A program made the translations under genes and the position numbers. Shown here piece after piece: positions 28,699 through 37,304 of a stretch of 55,815 nucleotides of DNA. How positions within the stretch are numbered: the stretch's first letter is position 1; every line of letters starts with the position of its first letter. The DNA is taken from positions 1-55,815 of IMG/VR virus record IMGVR_UViG_3300013126_000040; one strand, given 5' to 3'. The stretch comes from a virus. Taxonomy: Duplodnaviria; Caudoviricetes. A model generated the notes under the pieces. The model did no database searches and was not told the DNA's origin. It worked only from the letters and a program-made list of their open reading frames with translations.

Positions 28699-29437
28699 TT
28701 GCGCGCTCCTTGTACCTCAGAACATAACTAGTATGCTTCTTGAAGAAGTTATCATATATATTTACACAAGAAAAAGAATTAAAAGGCTGGTGTAAAATTA
28801 ATCCATCACCAATATATACTGCCGCATGAGTAGGAAATTTATCAGAAACCCCAGGAAACATCATCATGATTCCATCTGATTTATTTAATTTAATACCTTT
28901 ATCTAACTTAATAAAACCTTGATTTTTAAAGTTTGTTTCATATAAATCTTTTATATCGTCTAAATGTCTTGGATATGTTAAATCTTTAGGGAATTTAATA
29001 TGAACTTTCTCTTCTTTTAAAGCATATTCTTGCATTAATGTAAAACAATCTGATTTACCTAAAACAAATGGTCTTCCTATATATGGATTATTCTCTTTAT
29101 TTGGAGAATAAAAATTAAATATATCATATTTTATATTATATAATATATAGTGAATATTATATGCATTACTATTACTTTTATCAATTTCACTAAACTCTAC
29201 GCTTTCATTTACATGAGAATGATAACAAGCCACAATCTTACCTAGACTAGAACAATTTAAATAATCTTGAGGAGATATAATAAAATTATTTATTTTATTT
29301 TCTGCTCTGTTTTTACATGGAAATATATCAAATTTATATTCTTTTTCTTTAAAGTAAATAAATCCGCAGATTTCTTCATTAGTCTTTTTAAGTGCAAGAT
29401 TTTTAATATAGATTTTAATTTGAGAATTAAATTCCAT
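28691..29437 (-). CDS. Tail assembly protein, lambda gpK-like (JAB/MPN + NlpC/P60)
   Basis: JAMM motif EEICG...YHSH...SEID; NlpC/P60 motif SDCF...THAAVYIG...LHQ. Confidence 0.92.
   Translation of the reverse strand: MEFNSQIKIYIKNLALKKTNEEICGFIYFKEKEYKFDIFPCKNRAENKINNFIISPQDYLNCSSLGKIVACYHSHVNESVEFSEIDKSNSNAYNIHYILYNIKYDIFNFYSPNKENNPYIGRPFVLGKSDCFTLMQEYALKEEKVHIKFPKDLTYPRHLDDIKDLYETNFKNQGFIKLDKGIKLNKSDGIMMMFPGVSDKFPTHAAVYIGDGLILHQPFNSFSCVNIYDNFFKKHTSYVLRYKERANG
28753..28767 (-). promoter_or_regulatory. Possible internal late promoter motif upstream of gpI
   Basis: GTGTAAATATATATG on the minus strand inside the 3' end of gpK, about 65 nt before the gpI start. Confidence 0.4.
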
Positions 29438-29441
29438 ATAT

Positions 29442-31751
29442 TTATGGTCCTTGCATGCTTTGTTGAGATTGAAATTTTCCTTCTACCGATGGGAACCCGC
29501 CAAAAGGTAATACTCCCATCAATTGAGTTCCGTCTGCTGCTAATGGAGCTCTAACTTCGAATTTTAATAAAGTATCAGCAATGTTTTCGTTTGGACCAAA
29601 CATATGATTTACTGCTAATGTTTTTACTGGAAAATTAATATTTTCTTTCCATCTTAATCTGCATCCAATTAAAGTCTTTGAACAAGCGTCTGACTCCCAA
29701 TATTCTGTATTAGGTGGAGAATTGATAAAATCTGCTGTATGCTCTGATTTGCAAACAAAATAATATTTTATATTATTTTTTTCTATATGAACATAATTTC
29801 CATAGCGATAGTTTACGCCTTGCTGCCAAGCGTTTCTATCTATCCATTCTCCTTGTCTATATTGAGAAAAAGTTGCATCAGATGCGTTTGCTACTGGTGG
29901 AGCACTTTGTAATCCTTTACAAGACTGAGATGTAGAGACGCTTACTCTTGACATTCCATCGGATCCAGCAGTACTATTTGCATTTATCACAGAATTTACA
30001 ACTCCAAACACTCCAGAATGCATTTCATTTAGTCTATCGTGTCTTTCATAAACGCATCCCTCTCCTCTATATGTAAATGGGCAATTTTTAGATAATAAAA
30101 TTCTCGCTGGCAGTTTAACTCCTTCTATATCCAATAGTGAGGCTAATTCATATACAACATTTTGAGAATCTTCTTGAACTTTTCTATCAATATAGTATAT
30201 ATCAGGCGTAAGCTCTACTTCGTAAATATCAATCTTTTTTTGATTTATTTGATCTAGATAATCTCTTGCCATATTTTGATATGATGTATATATTTGCGTT
30301 GAATTTGGACTTGTTAATTCTTCTGTTATATAATCTGTAGCAACTAAGTGAATATTTTGAGTTTGTAATTGAGCATTATTTCCTGTATGAGTTGCAACGA
30401 ATGTACAACCACTCGTACTAATGTTTTTTAAATATTGATTATATAAAAATCCTGCACTTCCCCAGCTATTAAATAATATCTTTGGTGTGGTAGAAAAAAC
30501 AGTAGGAAAAATAATATTATGTTCGCCTGACGTAGCTGATCCAAAATTAGGATTTAATTTCAAAGCTATAAATTTTGCATTTTCATTTGAATATGGATTA
30601 ACGCCTGTATAATTTCCGGTAGGAATAGTCAAATAATTTATATCAAAATTATTATTTAAAGGTTTAGAGAAAGCTGCAGTAAAACTTGTAGAAGTTTGTG
30701 TTGATATAGAATAATTAAAACTTTCAGCAATAGTTTCATTTGGTGCTCTCAAAGATAGAAAAGTAATTAGTTCTGAACCATTTTCAGAGAATGAAACTGG
30801 ATAGTTTATAGTTGAGGTCGAGCTATTGCTAAAAGATACTGAATTAAAGTAACATAAAACTTTTATTGGCGTATTTAAATCTTTTTTTCTAAACTCTTTC
30901 TCGGACATCGGAATAATGTTTGTGTATGTATTTTGTGCTGGTATTATAAAGACATCAGAAGAAAAAGCGTCAATTACATCAGAAGTCTCATTTACCTTTT
31001 CATTTACAAAAAGATTAAAAAAATCTAAAGAATTTAAATGATAAATTTGCCTTTGCAGGTTAATATCTAAAGTCTTTAATCTATCGTCTGTTCTTGAACA
31101 TGTAAATATTTTATTTGAAATCTGAATTGGTTTGACTCCATAAATTAACCATTTAGCAAATCCTATTGGAACTCTTTCTAAAGACCTAACAGTTAAAACC
31201 TCTCCGTCTCTCGATGCCCATGGCGTATCTGAGAAAGTATTAAATGGATTTACCGCTGCTGGGAAATTGTCTGGACTTAAATATCTTACAAAAGTTTTTC
31301 TTCTAGTAACTTTTGATCCAACAATATCTTTTAACTCTTGAATCTGCATTCTAATATATTTATAGAAAGAGTTAAATTCATCATCTAAAAATTGACTAGA
31401 AAATTTTACTTTTGGAGTTGGAATTGTACCATTAGAAGTTATATCAAACTGTTCTCCGTAGACTGGAAAAGGAAAATAAAGATTTCCTCGCCATTTTATA
31501 ATTCCTCGGTTAATATTAAAAAGATTAAAATCATTATGTATTCTTATAATTCCGTCTCTTACTGGACCATTTCGATTGGGATAAGTGATGGTAGCAGGTT
31601 TAATTTCATTTAAATCTATTTCATATAGAAAAATTGGGGTTGTAGGTTCGATCTCATGGATATGAGAATTAATCGATCTTTGAGCTTCTAAAGCTTGTAA
31701 GAAATATTCACTAGCTTGAACGACTTGATTAGGGCTCGATCCCATTCCCAT
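29442..31751 (-). CDS. Minor tail protein, lambda gpL-like, with inserted domains
   Basis: G.KVTRRKTFVRYL...NF, YYIDRK, ELAS.LD....LP.R, C...YRGEGC, DACSKTL.GC.LR and PFGGFP motifs (four conserved Cys). Confidence 0.9.
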   Translation of the reverse strand: MGMGSSPNQVVQASEYFLQALEAQRSINSHIHEIEPTTPIFLYEIDLNEIKPATITYPNRNGPVRDGIIRIHNDFNLFNINRGIIKWRGNLYFPFPVYGEQFDITSNGTIPTPKVKFSSQFLDDEFNSFYKYIRMQIQELKDIVGSKVTRRKTFVRYLSPDNFPAAVNPFNTFSDTPWASRDGEVLTVRSLERVPIGFAKWLIYGVKPIQISNKIFTCSRTDDRLKTLDINLQRQIYHLNSLDFFNLFVNEKVNETSDVIDAFSSDVFIIPAQNTYTNIIPMSEKEFRKKDLNTPIKVLCYFNSVSFSNSSTSTINYPVSFSENGSELITFLSLRAPNETIAESFNYSISTQTSTSFTAAFSKPLNNNFDINYLTIPTGNYTGVNPYSNENAKFIALKLNPNFGSATSGEHNIIFPTVFSTTPKILFNSWGSAGFLYNQYLKNISTSGCTFVATHTGNNAQLQTQNIHLVATDYITEELTSPNSTQIYTSYQNMARDYLDQINQKKIDIYEVELTPDIYYIDRKVQEDSQNVVYELASLLDIEGVKLPARILLSKNCPFTYRGEGCVYERHDRLNEMHSGVFGVVNSVINANSTAGSDGMSRVSVSTSQSCKGLQSAPPVANASDATFSQYRQGEWIDRNAWQQGVNYRYGNYVHIEKNNIKYYFVCKSEHTADFINSPPNTEYWESDACSKTLIGCRLRWKENINFPVKTLAVNHMFGPNENIADTLLKFEVRAPLAADGTQLMGVLPFGGFPSVEGKFQSQQSMQGP

Positions 31752-31775
31752 GTTATAAGTTCTCCAATCTCTTCA

Positions 31776-32366
31776 TTATGCAGAAACTTCTTCAAGTTTT
31801 GCTCGAACAGAATAATTTTCTTTAAATGTAAAATTTGTTTCCCATTCTCTACATACATATTTTGTTCTATACGTTTGTTCGGAATATATGTCTCCAGGAT
31901 TATAAGCAAAAGCATAAACACCAGACCTTTGCTTTAGAAAATGGACTATTGCTCGCGCTTCTCTAGATGTTCTTTGATCAAAATTTAATTGAAGAGTTTT
32001 TAAATCTGGATTAATACTTTTTGCTATTCTTTGTTCATATCCATTTCCGAATCTAATTGTAGTTACGCTAGGTTTATGTTGAATTGTAGAAGTATAAGAA
32101 GGAGTCCAAACAAATTTTGTAATTCTTATATTATTAGATAAAGTTATTACTCCTCCCCAATATGCGCCTCCAGAATTTGTATCTGGTTCACTTTCTACTG
32201 TTTTAAAATGATCCTTTAAACAATACCAAAAGTCACCTTTGTATTTCACAATATCATTCTTTAAAAAATTATGTCCTAGGGATTTATTGGCCCATTGAAC
32301 CATAGGGTCATTAATAGAGCCCGTATCCTCTTGTCTCAAATCAATTCTTGGTATGCCCATGCCCAT
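31776..32366 (-). CDS. Distal tail protein, lambda gpM-like
   Basis: FGNGYEQR....IN, AIVHFL....G..AF.Y, YVCREW motifs; N-terminal CBM5/12-like module. Confidence 0.88.
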   Translation of the reverse strand: MGMGIPRIDLRQEDTGSINDPMVQWANKSLGHNFLKNDIVKYKGDFWYCLKDHFKTVESEPDTNSGGAYWGGVITLSNNIRITKFVWTPSYTSTIQHKPSVTTIRFGNGYEQRIAKSINPDLKTLQLNFDQRTSREARAIVHFLKQRSGVYAFAYNPGDIYSEQTYRTKYVCREWETNFTFKENYSVRAKLEEVSA

Positions 32367-32381
32367 ATATTTTTTCCTTAA

Positions 32382-32876
32382 TTATGAAGTATAATTCAAA
32401 ATCTTATCAATTAATACGCTCATGTCTTTTAATGTGATTTTTACTTTATGGCCTTTTTTATAATATAAAAGTAAATCAGCTGGAGTTAATTCGTTTGTGC
32501 TAATATTAAATCTATTTTTAGCCCATTCAAATGCGAACTTCATATTTTCTATTTTTAAATCATCAATCTTCTCTATTTTATCTACAAGTAATTCACAGTA
32601 AAATATATTACCATCTGGCCTATGTAAATTATATTTTGTAATTTGATCTACATTAGGTATCTCTGGATGAAGATAATCTGGGAATTCGGCAATATCATTA
32701 GAATTTAGCTTCCTAATAAAAACGACTTTTTCTATGGCCCCATCTTGGTTTCTTTGAATATGATATAAATTATTCTCTATATACCATGTTAACCAATTTT
32801 TAAAGCAGTAAACCTTCGCCTCCTCTACATTCTCAGATAGTAAGAATGTGTATAATTCTTCGTATATTCCTTGCAT
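32382..32876 (-). CDS. Hypothetical protein, first gene of the tail-tip operon (possible GNAT/HlyC-like fold)
   Basis: 164 aa with AGGAG/AAGG RBS; the fold guess rests on a weak pattern only. Confidence 0.55.
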   Translation of the reverse strand: MQGIYEELYTFLLSENVEEAKVYCFKNWLTWYIENNLYHIQRNQDGAIEKVVFIRKLNSNDIAEFPDYLHPEIPNVDQITKYNLHRPDGNIFYCELLVDKIEKIDDLKIENMKFAFEWAKNRFNISTNELTPADLLLYYKKGHKVKITLKDMSVLIDKILNYTS

Positions 32877-32896
32877 AAACCTTGCTCCTTTTATAG

Positions 32897-32928
32897 TAAT
32901 AATTACACTTAAAGGGGTGTAATTATTA
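32897..32928. promoter_or_regulatory. Back-to-back divergent late promoter pair (12-bp perfect inverted repeat)
   Basis: taataattacac-N8-gtgtaattatta; each half carries GTGTAATTATTA pointing into one of the two divergent operons. Confidence 0.8.
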
Positions 32929-32941
32929 TCAGGTATAAGGT

Positions 32942-33748
32942 ATGTTATCTAGATTTACAAGAGAATTCAATAGGATTTATATTAATGATGTGCCTGTCAC
33001 AGGCGCTCAATCTATTGCTGCTAGTTATGATCTACCTATAGAAAATGTTAAATATTTAGGATGTAATAATAATCATCTAAATACTGTGCCTATTGGCATG
33101 TTTGTTGGGGCTTTGAATTTAGACTCTTTATTTATTAATTCTGATCAATTTATTGAATACACCGGAGAAAAAGCAGCAAATTTAAAGATACAATACGATA
33201 ATAATACATTCGTAATGAATAGTGGTTATATGGCTGAATATCAATTTTCGTGTGGAGTAGGTACAATACCAACTTTAGCTACAAAATGGAACTTTTACAG
33301 TGATTTTGGTAATGCAACCTCTTCAAAATTACCATTCATAATGGATGAAAGTAAATTAAATATCGTTAATCCAGGGGATATAGAAGTCAACTTTAACGAA
33401 TTAGATTCAGAAAAAATTAATAATCTAAGCATAACTATTAGATCTAGTAGATTGCCAATTTTTGATGCGACTGCTGTGAAACCAATAGATGTCAAATTAC
33501 AATATCCAATAATAATTAGTACTAGCTTTTCCATCTCTTTGCATGACTATAAAAATAAAAGCCTATTTGATTACCCTGCCAAAGAAAATGTATATAGCTT
33601 TGATATTAATCTAAAGAAAAATAATTCATCTACTGTAGTTAATTCTTTTAACATAGTAGATGCGCTGCTCGTAAAAGAAGACTACAATACAGATGTAGAT
33701 GGCAGCGCTTTAATGCAATTAACTTATGAAAGTACTATCTCAAGATAG
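32942..33748 (+). CDS. Minor tail tube-like protein 1
   Basis: Colinear motif similarity to the major tube protein (AQSIAASYD..IENVKYLG; GYMAEYQFSCGVGTIPT; LQYPIIISTS). Confidence 0.65.
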   Translation: MLSRFTREFNRIYINDVPVTGAQSIAASYDLPIENVKYLGCNNNHLNTVPIGMFVGALNLDSLFINSDQFIEYTGEKAANLKIQYDNNTFVMNSGYMAEYQFSCGVGTIPTLATKWNFYSDFGNATSSKLPFIMDESKLNIVNPGDIEVNFNELDSEKINNLSITIRSSRLPIFDATAVKPIDVKLQYPIIISTSFSISLHDYKNKSLFDYPAKENVYSFDINLKKNNSSTVVNSFNIVDALLVKEDYNTDVDGSALMQLTYESTISR

Positions 33749-33762
33749 TGTAATTTTAATAG
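33748..33762 (+). promoter_or_regulatory. Putative late promoter motif GTGTAA(W)
   Basis: GTGTAATTTTAATAG in the intergenic gap before AAGGA RBS sites. Confidence 0.6.
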
Positions 33763-33781
33763 GTAAAAAGGAATAAGGAAT

Positions 33782-34612
33782 ATGTCTAGAATATATTATG
33801 ATCAGTGCGAGGTTAGGATTAATAATACAGGAGTATTAGCTATATCTGCTAATTTTAATTCAGATATAACTATGGGCCCAGTTTATACTTTAGGTAAAAG
33901 AAAACCATTCAGAAGACAAATAACTACTGGACCAAGTTCAAGCACTTTTCAAATCTCATATTTAATAAATCCAACTGGTGATCCAGCTTTTAATACTGTG
34001 AAAGAAATTAAAAATTTCATTTCTGCTCCACAAAATTACAATGGCGTTAATATAGGTTTTGCAGGTATTACAGGTCAAAAATGTTATTTAAATAATTATA
34101 GTCTTAAAGTTGAACCTAATAATGTAATTACAGCGCAAGCAAGTTATATAACCTATGAACCAGTAATCACAAATGCATTGTTTCCTGTCCCAAGAAGTTT
34201 AGCAAATCCTAATAATGCTTCTGCAGATAGCATTGCTCATAGTTCAAAAACGAATTTAATATCTGGAAGAAATATATTCGCAAAAGGAACCGCGAGCGAA
34301 TTAACCGCCGATTTGTATAGTCTAAATTATACTTTTAGCTGCAATCTAACACCAATTTACGTTTTGGGACAACAAACCCCAGTAGAAGTTAAACCTATTA
34401 GAGCTCAAGAGACAGTAAATATGACAGAAAGTTTATTTACAAAACTTGTTTATACTGGTGAAAATATACCTCTGAGAATACAAATGTCAGGACTTTTAGA
34501 TTCAAATAATTTCACTATAGAAATGCCTGATGCATTCGTTAATAATTCTACAGTAGAATCAAATCTAGACGATATTGTGAGAGCAACAAAAACAATAGTA
34601 CAATACTACTAA
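33782..34612 (+). CDS. Minor tail tube-like protein 2
   Basis: Two tube-like repeats (AISANF...MGPVYTLG; SLNYTFSCNLTPIYVLG). Confidence 0.6.
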   Translation: MSRIYYDQCEVRINNTGVLAISANFNSDITMGPVYTLGKRKPFRRQITTGPSSSTFQISYLINPTGDPAFNTVKEIKNFISAPQNYNGVNIGFAGITGQKCYLNNYSLKVEPNNVITAQASYITYEPVITNALFPVPRSLANPNNASADSIAHSSKTNLISGRNIFAKGTASELTADLYSLNYTFSCNLTPIYVLGQQTPVEVKPIRAQETVNMTESLFTKLVYTGENIPLRIQMSGLLDSNNFTIEMPDAFVNNSTVESNLDDIVRATKTIVQYY

Positions 34613-34613
34613 T

Positions 34614-35585
34614 ATGTTTTATAACGGAAAAAATGTAAATTTAGAAATAAATAATCAATCGATTATTGCTACTGAGGCTCAAATGGCTTATGAAGCTCAA
34701 GTTTCTCCTTATATTGAAATTGGTCAAAGATATTCAGATGAAATTAGACCTAATAATCCAATACAAGGATCTTTAAATTTTAGTTATTATTATACTGGCT
34801 CAGATCCAATTAAAAATTTATTAAATCTTGATGATTCTGTTAACTTTAATTTCGGTGGTATTAAAGAAAAAGGTTATATTAAAAGCTTTAATGCTAGATT
34901 TGCTCCTCATAATCCAGTAGTTTGCACAACTGAAATTATTTTTTTTAAAGCTCCTACTGGAAATTTTATACCTATATATGATAATGTCAATGTTTTAGAT
35001 TCTGTAGTGCATGTTAATGAAATAAATATTACCAATTTTAATAATCAAAATTTAACTGGGACTTACTTAAATGCAAATTATAGTTATACCACAGATATAA
35101 GACCAGAGATATATATTGGAGATGTTTCTGAAAGAAGAGGAGTTTTTGGTCCAAAAGAAACTACATTAACAATAAGTTGCGATAATTTAAATCCTTTATT
35201 AGAGATATCTGGCTCAAAAGTGGGTGTTGTTTTGGGCACAGCGCCATTTGGAACTTCTCTAATCACGCAGGGGTATGGAGTAACAGGCTTTTTAACTAAA
35301 AAAGCTTTTCAAGTTAGAGCTGAAGAATTTTTAACAAATGAATTAACTATAAAACAATTTAATGTTATAGAAGAAGCTTCTATATCTGGCTTTTCTCCTA
35401 CTTCTGGACGTTATAAAGATAAAATTTTAATTTCTGGAAGTAATTTTAATTATGTTGCTCAAGTATTTTTTGGAGAATATGAGGCTGACGGTTTTACTGT
35501 TATCAACAATAACAATATATCTGCAATTGTTCCTCGTGTTAAAAATATCACTAATCAACAAATAAGGATGCTTACTTTAGCATAA
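34614..35585 (+). CDS. Minor tail tube-like protein 3 with C-terminal IPT/TIG domain
   Basis: Tube-like repeats (..PYIEIG; ..PEIYIG) plus ISGFSPTSG..KDKILISGSNF..V..V.FG...ISAIVP. Confidence 0.65.
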   Translation: MFYNGKNVNLEINNQSIIATEAQMAYEAQVSPYIEIGQRYSDEIRPNNPIQGSLNFSYYYTGSDPIKNLLNLDDSVNFNFGGIKEKGYIKSFNARFAPHNPVVCTTEIIFFKAPTGNFIPIYDNVNVLDSVVHVNEINITNFNNQNLTGTYLNANYSYTTDIRPEIYIGDVSERRGVFGPKETTLTISCDNLNPLLEISGSKVGVVLGTAPFGTSLITQGYGVTGFLTKKAFQVRAEEFLTNELTIKQFNVIEEASISGFSPTSGRYKDKILISGSNFNYVAQVFFGEYEADGFTVINNNNISAIVPRVKNITNQQIRMLTLA

Positions 35586-35591
35586 ATATAT

Positions 35592-37304
35592 ATGGGACTT
35601 ATCACATCTACAGGACTCTTTAGATATATACCTCCAAACCCAAAGATTACCTCTACGTCTAGTCCAACTGGAAACTTAGGACAAATTATATCTATATATG
35701 GAGAAGATCTAGATTATGTTGATACTCTTTCGTTTGCTGGAGAAAATTTAAATTTCGCATTAATAAATGGTACTCAAAGAATGGATTTTTTAGTTCCATC
35801 AAATCCAGATACTGGAAGATTAGCGATAGCTTCAAATACCTTTCAAATTACGGGTCAAAATAATTTACCATTTTTGCCTATATTTACTTTTGATAATTTT
35901 AATCCTAAAAACGGTTCAGAAAGTGATACGATTGAGGTTACTGGTAAGGTATTAACATCTATAATTACTGGATATATTTCTGCTTCTCCTATATTAGATG
36001 ATATAAATTATTATTTTAGTGGAGATAGAAATATTTTTAATGTTCCAATGTCTACAAAAAGTGGAGTCGCAGAAATTACTTTAACTCAAGATTTTAATTT
36101 AACCCCAGAAATTAATGATTTTAAATTACTTGCAATAAATAATTTTACTTATAGTAGTGGAAAATCAATCAATCTTAAATATGATATTCCTGGAAATTTA
36201 TCAAATAAATATTATCAAAATCATCTTTTATCTATGTCTGGTTTTATTTCTTCAGGTTTTCAAGCTTTTAGTACTGGCATAGCTTCTGGAGTTTCTAGTC
36301 AAACGATTAATTTTCCTTATAAATATAATGACACTAATTATGCAGTTTTTTATAATATAATACAAACTGGATTTGATCATGAAGATTCTTATATAAGCCA
36401 TAAAACTACAGGATCTTTTAATTTAAATACAAGCAATGCTCTTAATTATGCGACAAAAATTAATGTTTTACTAATGAAAAGTAGTGGGTTTATTTTTGAT
36501 TCTGGTTATTTTGAGAGAAATTATTTCGATGTGAACCAAAACTATTCTAGTCAAACAATATATTTTGATCGGTTAAGCGGTATAGATAGAGCAGATAATT
36601 TATATTCTCCGTTTTTATTCGCAAATATTGAAAAAATTGAAGGTACAGACATAGGATCAAGCTATGCTTCTGTAAATATATACGCTTTAGAAAAAAACTC
36701 TTTTCAAATTGCTATTCCAAATGCTTCAAATAACAAAGCTTTTAGATTAAATTATTTTACTATATCTAATACTGGCACAAATTTATCTACATTTACTTAT
36801 GATGGAAATTATTCTTATTATAAAAAAATTTATTTATTAACTGGCGATGCAAGTACATTTCAAGAATCTATACCTTTAAAAAATTTAGTTATAAATGATA
36901 AAAATAATTTATCTTTTCGAATACCATCAACAGAATATTATATTAATGGAAAAATTAGATTAATTAATAGCACTGGAATATCAAAAATTTCAGAAAATAA
37001 TTTTACAGAAACTCCTACGCCTTTAGCTGTATTACCTAATAGCGGATATAGAGGAAGCAATATTATGATACAAGGAGAAAGTTTTAAGAAACCAATCTTA
37101 ATCGATAATCCATATCAATATGATAGCTGCTTTGTGCGTTTTAAATATTCTGATAATATATATCAAGAAAATAAAAGCACATTTCAAACTGCTTTTAGAA
37201 TTATAAATAAAAAGTTATTAAGCGGTTCAATTCCATTAAGTAATATTCCTACAGGCAGATATACCATACAAATGATGTCTGAAGACGGAGGACTTTTCGA
37301 ATGA
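35592..37304 (+). CDS. IPT/TIG domain virion protein (fibre attachment)
   Basis: P.ITS.S...G..G..ISIYGEDL, FNP..G...DTIEVTG and P.SGYRGS.I.IQG.SF IPT-like units. Confidence 0.7.
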   Translation: MGLITSTGLFRYIPPNPKITSTSSPTGNLGQIISIYGEDLDYVDTLSFAGENLNFALINGTQRMDFLVPSNPDTGRLAIASNTFQITGQNNLPFLPIFTFDNFNPKNGSESDTIEVTGKVLTSIITGYISASPILDDINYYFSGDRNIFNVPMSTKSGVAEITLTQDFNLTPEINDFKLLAINNFTYSSGKSINLKYDIPGNLSNKYYQNHLLSMSGFISSGFQAFSTGIASGVSSQTINFPYKYNDTNYAVFYNIIQTGFDHEDSYISHKTTGSFNLNTSNALNYATKINVLLMKSSGFIFDSGYFERNYFDVNQNYSSQTIYFDRLSGIDRADNLYSPFLFANIEKIEGTDIGSSYASVNIYALEKNSFQIAIPNASNNKAFRLNYFTISNTGTNLSTFTYDGNYSYYKKIYLLTGDASTFQESIPLKNLVINDKNNLSFRIPSTEYYINGKIRLINSTGISKISENNFTETPTPLAVLPNSGYRGSNIMIQGESFKKPILIDNPYQYDSCFVRFKYSDNIYQENKSTFQTAFRIINKKLLSGSIPLSNIPTGRYTIQMMSEDGGLFE

